Of a stretch of 64,000 bases of DNA, positions 53,501-64,000 are shown one piece after another. The notes under the pieces were generated by a model. That model had not been told where the DNA came from. It saw only the letters and a program-made list of their open reading frames with translations, and searched no databases. The stretch spans positions 426,002,001 to 426,066,000 of the forward strand of contig OZ024740.1 of assembly GCA_964016885.1 (NCBI GenBank), given 5' to 3'. Source of the stretch: Eledone cirrhosa (Eukaryota). Numbering within the stretch: the stretch's first letter is position 1; every line of letters begins with the position of its first letter. The position numbers and the translations under genes are program-made.

Positions 53501-56500
53501 AACACATCAACCACCAACAACACCACAAGCATCAACAACACCACAAACACCACAACCATCAACAATACCACAACCACCAACAACATCACAACCAACAACA
53601 CCACAACCACCAACAACACGACAACCAACAACAACATCACAACCAACAACAACATCACAACCACCAACAATATCAAAACCAACAACAACACCACAACCAC
53701 CAACAACACCACAACCGCCAACAACACCACCACCACCAACAACACCACAACCACCAACAATACCACAACCACCAACAACATTGCAACCAAGAAACGACAA
53801 CACCACAACCACCAACAACACCACAACCACCAAGAACATCACAACCAACAACAAACCTACAACCACCAACAACACCACAACCACCAACAACAACACCACA
53901 ACCACCAACAACACCACAACCACCAACAACATCACAACAACCAACAACCCCACAGCCACGAACAACACCACAACCACCAACAACACCACAACCACCAACA
54001 ACACCACAACCACCATCAACAACACCACAACAACCAACAACCGCAGTGCCACCAACAACACCACAACCACCAACAACACCACAACCACGAACAACACCAA
54101 AACGACCAACAACATCAACACCAACAACACCACAAACTCCAACAACACCACAACCACCAACAACATCACAACAGCCAACAATACCACAACCACCAACAAA
54201 ACCACAACCACCAACAACAACACCACAACCACCAATATCATCACAACCACCAACAACACCACAACCACCAACAACACCACAACCAACAACAACACCACAA
54301 CCACCAACAACATCACAACCACCAACAATACCACAACCAACAACAACACCACAGCCACCAACAACACTACAACCATCAACAACACCACAACCACCAACAT
54401 CACCACAACGAACAACAACATCACCACCACCAACAACATCACAGCCAGCAACAACATAAAAACCACCAACAACACCACAACCACCAACAACACCACAAGC
54501 ACCACAACCACCAACAACACCACAACCACCAACAATACCACAACCAACAACAACACCACAACCACCACAACCACCCACAAAACCACAACCACCAACAACA
54601 CCTGAACCAGCAACAACACCACAAACACCAACAACAACACAACAACCACCAACATCACTACCACTAACAACACCACAACCACCAACAACACGACAACCAA
54701 CAACAACAACACAACCACCAACAACACCAGAACCACCAACAACACCACAACCACCAACAACACCACAACCACCACAACCATCAACAACACCACAACCAAC
54801 AACAACACCGCAACCACGAACAACACCAGAAACACCAACAACACCACAACCACCAACAACACAACCACCAAAAACATCACAACGTCCAAAAATAAAACCA
54901 CAACCACCACCACCAACAACACCACAATCACCAACAACACCACCACAACCACTAACAACATCACAACTATCAACACCACAACCACCAACAACACCAGAAC
55001 CACCAACAACACCACAACCACCACAACCACCACAACCACCAACAAGGCCACAACCACCACAACCACCAACAACACGACAACCACCAACAATACCACAACC
55101 AACAACAACACCACAAAACCACAACCACCAACAACACATCAACCACCAACAACACCACAAGCATCAACAACACCACAAACACCACAACCATCANNNNNNN
55201 NNNNNNNNNNNNNNNNNNNNNNNNNNNNNNNNNNNNNNNNNNNNNNNNNNNNNNNNNNNNNNNNNNNNNNNNNNNNNNNNNNNNNNNNNNNNNNNNNNNN
55301 NNNNNNNNNNNNNNNNNNNNNNNNNNNNNNNNNNNNNNNNNNNNNNNNNNNNNNNNNNNNNNNNNNNNNNNNNNNNNNNNNNNNNNNNNNNNNAAACACC
55401 ACAACCATCAACAATACCACAACCACCAACAACATCACAACCAACAACACCACAACCACCAACAACACGACAACCAACAACAACATCACAACCAACAACA
55501 ACATCACAACCACCAACAATATCAAAACCAACAACAACACCACAACCACCAACAACACCACAACCGCCAACAACACCACCACCACCAACAACACCACAAC
55601 CACCAACAATACCACAACCACCAACAACATTGCAACCAAGAAACGACAACACCACAACCACCAACAACACCACAACCACCAAGAACATCACAACCAACAA
55701 CAAACCTACAACCACCAACAACACCACAACCACCAACAACAACACCACAACCACCAACAACACCACAACCACCAACAACATCACAACAACCAACAACCCC
55801 ACAGCCACGAACAACACCACAACCACCAACAACACCACAACCACCAACAACACCACAACCACCATCAACAACACCACAACAACCAACAACCGCAGTGCCA
55901 CCAACAACACCACAACCACCAACAACACCACAACCACGAACAACACCAAAACGACCAACAACATCAACACCAACAACAACACCACAAACTCCAACAACAC
56001 CACAACCACCAACAACATCACAACAGCCAACAATACCACAACCACCAACAAAACCACAACCACCAACAACAACACCACAACCACCAATATCATCACAACC
56101 ACCAACAACACCACAACCACCAACAACACCACAACCAACAACAACACCACAACCACCAACAACATCACAACCACCAACAATACCACAACCAACAACAACA
56201 CCACAGCCACCAACAACACTACAACCATCAACAACACCACAACCACCAACATCACCACAACGAACAACAACATCACCACCACCAACAACATCACAGCCAG
56301 CAACAACATAAAAACCACCAACAACACCACAACCACCAACAACACCACAAGCACCACAACCACCAACAACACCACAACCACCAACAATACCACAACCAAC
56401 AACAACACCACAACCACCACAACCACCCACAAAACCACAACCACCAACAACACCTGAACCAGCAACAACACCACAAACACCAACAACAACACAACAACCA

Positions 56501-59500
56501 CCAACATCACTACCACTAACAACACCACAACCACCAACAACACGACAACCAACAACAACAACACAACCACCAACAACACCAGAACCACCAACAACACCAC
56601 AACCACCAACAACACCACAACCACCACAACCATCAACAACACCACAACCAACAACAACACCGCAACCACGAACAACACCAGAAACACCAACAACACCACA
56701 ACCACCAACAACACAACCACCAAAAACATCACAACGTCCACAAATAAAACCACAACCACCACCACCAACAACACCACAATCACCAACAACACCACCACAA
56801 CCACCAACAACATCACAACTATCAACACCACAACCACCAACAACACCAGAACCACCAACAACACCACAACCACCACAACCACCACAACCACCAACAAGGC
56901 CACAACCACCACAACCACCAACAACACGACAACCACCAACAATACCACAACCAACAACAACACCACAAACACCACAACCACCAACAACACATCAACCACC
57001 AACAACACCACAAGCATCAACAACACCACAAACACCACAACCATCAACAATACCACAACCACCAACAACATCACAACCAACAACACCACAACCACCAACA
57101 ACACGACAACCAACAACAACATCACAACCAACAACAACATCACAACCACCAACAATATCAAAACCAACAACAACACCACAACCACCAACAACACCACAAC
57201 CACCAACAACACCACCACCACCAACAACACCACAACCACCAACAATACCACAACCACCAGCAACATTGCAACCAACAACGACAACACCACAACCACCAAC
57301 AACACCACAACCACCAAGAACATCACAACCAACAACAAACCTACAACCACCAACAACACCACAACCACCAACAACAACACCACAACCACCAACAACACCA
57401 CAACCACCAACAACATCACAACAACCAACAACCCCACAGCCACGAACAACACCACAACCACCAACAACACCACAACCACGAACAACACCAAAACGTCCAA
57501 AAACATCAACACCAACAACAACACCACGAACTCCAACAACACCACAACCACCAACAACATCACAACAGCCAACAATACCACAACCACCAACAACACCACA
57601 ACCACCAACAACAACACCACAACCACCAATATCATCACAACCAACAACAACACCACAACCACCAAGAACACCACAACCACCAACAACACCACAACCAACA
57701 ACAACACCACAACCACCAACAACACCACAACCACCAACAACAACACCACAACCACCAATATCATCACAACCAACAACAACACCACAACCACCAAGAACAC
57801 CACAACCACCAACAACACCACAACCAACAACAACACCACAACCACCAACAACATCACAACCACCAACAATACCACAACCAACAACAACACCACAACCACC
57901 ACAACCACCAACAAAACCACAACCACCAACAACACCAGAACCAGCAACAACACCACAACCACCAACAACACCACAACCACGAACAACACCAAAACGACCA
58001 ACAACATCAACACCAACAACAACGCCACAAACTCCAACAACACCACAACCACCAACAACATCACAACAGCCAACAATACCACAACCACCAACAACACCTC
58101 AACCACCAACAACAACACCACAACCACCAATATCATCACAACGAACAACAACACCACAACCACCAACAACACCACAACCACCAACAACACCAAAACGACC
58201 TACAACATCAACACCAACAACAACACCACAAACTCCAACAACACCACAACCACCAACAACATCACAACAGCCAACAATACCACAACCACCAACAAAACCA
58301 CAACCACCATCAACAACACCACAACCACCAATATCATCACAACCACCAACAACACCACAACCACCAACAACACCACAACCAACAACAACACCACAACCAC
58401 CAACAACATCACAACCACCAACAATACCACAACCAACAACAACACCACAGCCACCAACAACACTACAACCATCAACAACACCACAACCACCAACATCACC
58501 ACAACGAACAACAACATCACCACCACCAACAACATCACAGCCAGCAACAACATAAAAACCACCAACAACACACCAACCACCAACAACACCACAAGCACCA
58601 CAACCACCAACAACACCACAACCACCAACAATACCACAACCAACAACAACGCCACAACCACCACAACCACCCACAAAACCACAACCACCATCAACACCTG
58701 AACCAGCAACAACACCACAAACACCAACAACAACACAACATCCACCAACATCACTACCACTAACAACACCACAACCACCAACAACACGACAACCAACAAC
58801 AACACAACCACCAACAACACCAGAACCACCAACAACACCACAACCACCAACAACAGCACAAACCCCTCAACCACCAACAACACCACAACCAACAACAACA
58901 CCACAACCACCAACAACACGACAACCACCAACAATACCACAACCAACAACAACACCACAAACACCACAACCACCAACAACACATCAACCACCAACAACAC
59001 CACAAGCATCAACAACACCACAACCACCACAACCATCAACAATACCACAACCACCAACAACATCACAACCAACAACACCACAACCACCAACAACACCACA
59101 ACCAACAACAACATCACAACCAACAACAACATCACAACCACCAACAATACCAAAACCAACAACAACACCACAACCACCAACAACACCACAACCACCAACA
59201 ACACCACCACCACCAACAACACCACAACCACCAACAATACCACAACCACCAACAACATTGCAACCAACAACGACAACACCACAACCACCAACAACACCAC
59301 AACCACCAAGAACATCACAACCAACAACAAACCTACAACCACCAACAACACCACAACCACCAACAACAACACCACAACCACCAACAACACCACAGCCACG
59401 AACAACACCACAACCACCAACAACACCACAACCACGAACATCACCAAAACGTCCAACAACATCAACACCAACAACAACACCACGAACTCCAACAACACCA

Positions 59501-60000
59501 CAACCACCAACAACATCACAACAGCCAACAATACCACAACCACCAACAACACCACAACCACCAACAACACCACAACCAACAACAACACCACAACCACCAA
59601 CAACAACACCACAAACAACAACCACACTACAACCACCACAACCACCAACAACACCACAACCACCAACAACACCACAACCACCACAACCACCACCACCAGG
59701 ACCCCCACCACCAGCAACACCACAACCACCACAACCACCACCACCACCACAACCACCACAACCGCCAACCGCCACCACCAGTAACATCATCACAACACCA
59801 TAACCAGCAACACCACAACCGCCAACACTAGCAACAAAACCACCAACAATAACAAGACCACTACCACCACCACCACCACCACCACCACCACCACTAGCAA
59901 CACAACCACCACAACCACCACAACCACTAACACTAACACCGCCACCACCAACATTACAACCACCACAACCACCACAACCACCACAACCGCCACCAACAAC
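29580..60000. repeat. Giant degenerate 18-bp minisatellite array (consensus CCACAACCACCAACAACA) with higher-order repeats
   Basis: Continuous array; identical translated ORFs recur at offsets of 6580/6562 and ~1632-1635 bp. Confidence 0.96.
55194..55393. other. Assembly gap (200 N)
   Basis: Run of N. Confidence 0.99.
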
Positions 60001-60312
60001 AACACAATGAACAACAAAAACTGCAACACCACAACAGCAACAACAGAAGCAACAACAACAACAATAACTGCAGCAGCAACAATAACAACAATAACAACAA
60101 CAGCAACAACAATAACCACAACAACAGCAGCAACAACAACAATAAGAAAACACCACAACCTCAACAACAGAAGCAACAACAACAACAACAGCAACACCAA
60201 TAACAATAACAACATCAGAAGCAACACCAGAAGCAAAAACAACAAAAACAACAGCAACAACAATAAGAACAACAACAACAACAGCAACAACAATAAGGAC
60301 AACAACAACAGC

Positions 60313-60388
<76 letters not shown>

Positions 60389-60455
60389 CTAAGGACAACA
60401 ACAATAACAACAACAACAGCAACAACGACAATAACAACAACAAGAAAACAACAAT
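60000..60455. repeat. (AAC)n/(AGC) trinucleotide tract terminating the array
   Basis: Pure aac run ~60313-60388. Confidence 0.93.
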
Positions 60456-60929
60456 GATAGAGTAACAATCAGAAAGATGACAACAATAGCAATATTTAAA
60501 TTAACGTAAACAAAGCAAAATAAATTTTGAAATAAAAAGAAAACAAAATCAAAGCAAGATAAATGTAAGAAATACTTAAAGAACAATTCAAAATATTTGA
60601 ATTGGGCCACTTAAAGCAGTAAAGAGAAAGAACGTCTTGTTACAAAGAACAGCCATTAGTGTCATTACTCTGCTAGACCCTACTTTAATCCCGGGCTTTC
60701 TTCTTTATATTTATGCATTCACGATATGATAATCGGCAATAAAACCCATCCCACAAAATGTATCATTTCCAACTAAATGTATGTATATATTTGTGTAAAT
60801 GTGTGCGTATTTATCTGTGTAAATGTGTGTGTATATATGTGTATATGTGTGTGTACGTGTGTAAATGTGTTTCTATATGCCTAAATGATTCTCGATATGT
60901 ATAACTGAACACGTAAGCACATTTCTATA

Positions 60930-60933
60930 CTTA

Positions 60934-60979
<46 letters not shown>

Positions 60980-61239
60980 TATATATATATATATACATAC
61001 ATATGTATATATATATTTATAAATATATGTATATATATATTTATAAATATGTATATATATATAAGTGTGTGTGTGCATATGTGTGTGTGTGTATGTGTTT
61101 GTGTATATGTAAATGTATGTGTGTTTAATTTTTTGTATTTGTTTCATAAGATATTTCATGGCAGAGTGACGCTACCAAAGTAAAACAATATGTATATGCA
61201 TAAACTAATATTTGTGCAATATATTTTACATACATATAT

Positions 61240-61334
<95 letters not shown>

Positions 61335-61471
61335 TTATATTGTATATATTATGTATGCATATATACATATATATCTATATATATGTATATATACATATAT
61401 ATATCTATATGTATATATATGTGTATATATATATATATATATTTCTATATATATATTTGTATATATATGTA

Positions 61472-61535
<64 letters not shown>

Positions 61536-61645
61536 TATAGAAATATATATATATACAAATATATATATATAAACACATATATATACATATAAATATATAT
61601 ATATGTATATATACATATATATAGATATATATATAGATATATGCA

Positions 61646-61683
<38 letters not shown>

Positions 61684-61860
61684 TACATTTATATTTATAT
61701 ATATATATCTATATACACACCTATATATATAAATATAAATGTATATATGTATATATATATATTTTTATATATGCATATATGTATATATATATATATATAT
61801 ACATACACACACACATACATGCATACATAAATACATACATATACATACATTGTGTGTGTC
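60930..61860. repeat. Long degenerate (TA)n tract
   Basis: Direct reading. Confidence 0.95.
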
Positions 61861-62251
61861 AAAGAGTAAAAAATAAATTCAATAGAACGGAAAGTTTGAA
61901 AGATAAATAAATGAAAAAAAAGAAAAAAAAGATAAAGAAGAAAATATAAAAAAGACATAATATAGAAAATAAAATAAAGAAGAAAAGGAAAACGTAAAAA
62001 AATAAAGTAAATAAAAAGCTTGAAATGCTATTAAAAAGACAGAAAACAGAATAAAATGAAAAAAAATCCATTGAGAAACAATAGATGCAAATAGGGCGAA
62101 TTTTCCGTCATTCCGATGCAGGCCGAATAGAAGTAAGAGAGGTTGTTTGACAGCCGTCAGATGCTATTTATATTTGTACAATTAAGAAAAGATTTTTGTG
62201 AAAGAAAGGAAAAAAAATGGAGGCTCAAGACTGACATCAAAGTTTTAAAGG

Positions 62252-62253
<2 letters not shown>

Positions 62254-62299
<46 letters not shown>

Positions 62300-62565
62300 A
62301 TAAAGAAAGAGAGAGGGAGTGAAAGGTGAAAGGGAGAGAGAGAGGGGGAGGGAGAATAAAGAGAGAGAGAGAGAGAGAGAGAGAATAAAGACAAATATAT
62401 AAGAGAGAGAGAGTGGAGAGAAAATAAATAGAAATGTAAGAGAGACAGAGGAAGAGAGAGAAAGAAGAAAGAGAAATGTAAGAGAGAGAGAGAGGGAGAG
62501 AGAGAGAGAAGACAGAGAAATTTAAGAGAGAGAGAAAGAGAGATAGTGAGAGAGAGAAGGGGAAA
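62254..62565. repeat. (TA)n then degenerate (AG)n tract
   Basis: Direct reading. Confidence 0.9.
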
Positions 62566-62792
62566 TAAGTATCTTACAAAAACAACAACAACCTTATGTA
62601 AAGCAAAGAAGAGAAATAAAATTCTTCACAGACGTAAATAACGATAAAACAGGTAAGGTTAGGATTTGATGTTGATTATACTTTTACAGACATATATATA
62701 GACACATACACACACACATATATATACATACACATACACACATACATGCATATATACATACATACATACATATACATACACGCATACATACA

Positions 62793-62846
<54 letters not shown>

Positions 62847-63374
62847 CATATGTAGGAGGTGAGTTTTATTGTAGTACAATAAAGCAATGCAGATATCGGA
62901 TAAGTAGCACTCTACAGTTTGTAGGACTGGAGTATAAATAATATATAAGATCAAAAGATGGTTAAAAGAGTTCCATGTATTTTATTATGCGCATTTCAAA
63001 AACAAATATCATCATGCAATAACATTTGCGTTTTCGTCAGATAAATTAGGGAGACATGATATAAAGGTTAAAAAACACTTGTGAATAGTGCAGTTTTAAA
63101 TTAACATATGAAAAGTAGTTTAAGATTGATGTGTGATAATGGGAAAAAAATTGAGGTGGGGGTGGGGTGGAAAGGATGAAAAAGAGGAGGAGATGAGAGT
63201 ATAAAGTGGAGGGGGAGGAGTATAATGAGGAAGGATGAGATAGGAGGAGAGATGGGTGATAGAGAGAGAGAGATGGCTTTTATAACTGAGAAAAATATAT
63301 TGTTTTACATAGAGAGGTTAAAAAAACCGTTGGAAGATAATATATAAATTAAAAGAATTTGAAAATTAACGAAG

Positions 63375-64000
63375 AGAAAAATTTTAGAATAATGTTAAAT
63401 TAAGGTTTTTATATTGAAGGGTTTAATATTATGTGCGATGAAAAGAAATTGTTAATATGTATTAAGAATAATATTTATGGGTTTAATAATATGTGCGATG
63501 GAAAGAAATTGTTGATATGTATTATTAAAAAATATAAAAATATAACAATATAGCAATAGTAATGTAATTAAGGATATATTGTGAAAAGAAGTAGAAGAGT
63601 GGATGAATAAGTGTAATATGTATTATTACTCAGCACAATATATCCTTACTTCATAATATCACCTTGAGAAAATCCTTCGTAAACATAAACATTTTTTTGA
63701 CGTTAGATTATTCATCCTCAATTCATTATTTTGTTCTCCCTTTCATGCTCATCTAACTTATACATATTACACTTATTCATCCACTCTTCTACTTCTTTTC
63801 ACAATATATCCTTAATTAAATTACTATTGTTATATTTTTATATTTTTTAATAATACATATCAACAATTTCATTCCATCGCATATATTATTAAACCCTTAA
63901 ATATTATTCTTAATACATATTAACAATTTCTTTTCATCGCACATATTATTAAACCCTTCAATATACAAACCTTAATTTAACATTATTCTAAAACTTTTCT
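63375..64000. mobile_element. Long inverted repeat (foldback/MITE-like); arms ~250 bp or longer with an internal 60-bp tandem duplication
   Basis: 63375-63623 is reverse-complemented at 63760-64000; each arm has two copies of gggtttaata.tatgtgcgatg.aaagaaattgtt.atatgtatta; right arm runs off the window. Confidence 0.8.

Noticed and set aside
29330-60468. Very long minus-strand ORFs (poly-V/L, GCGVVG) and plus-strand PQPPTT/NNTT ORFs as protein-coding genes
   Set aside because: Openness follows from repeat composition (codons ending in T cannot be stops); frames switch arbitrarily and there are no non-repetitive domains
62085-62665. Possible host exon or splice donor (caggtaag near 62650)
   Set aside because: Isolated motif, no supportable ORF or acceptor
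60881-62954. YI/YM-repeat ORFs
   Set aside because: Translations of (TA)n microsatellites

Overview
Repeat-rich eukaryotic (animal) genomic DNA with no supportable host gene. The SINE family and the dense TA/CA/AG microsatellites resemble, from memory, octopod cephalopod repeats (inference only). Main contents: (1) an apparently full-length L1/Tx1-type LINE with two open ORFs (~5211-10955; ORF1 with a CCHC knuckle, ORF2 with APE endonuclease, RT and C-terminal Cys/His motif). It sits in a (TATC)n tract and is followed head-to-tail by three 5'-truncated relatives, each bounded by TATC repeats, which suggests microsatellite-specific targeting. (2) A frameshifted, 5'-truncated Penelope-like element (RT + GIY-YIG) on the minus strand (~18725-21790), plus several minimal hammerhead-ribozyme motifs, one near-intact at 21821-21907. 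(3) About ten copies of a tRNA-like SINE, a non-autonomous Helitron, two inverted CRE-type fragments, an RTE 3' fragment and several long palindromes. (4) A ~31 kb degenerate 18-bp minisatellite (CCACAACCACCAACAACA) with nested ~1.63 kb and ~6.57 kb higher-order repeats and a 200-N gap. Nearly all long ORFs in the track other than the LINE ORFs are artefacts of low-complexity repeats.
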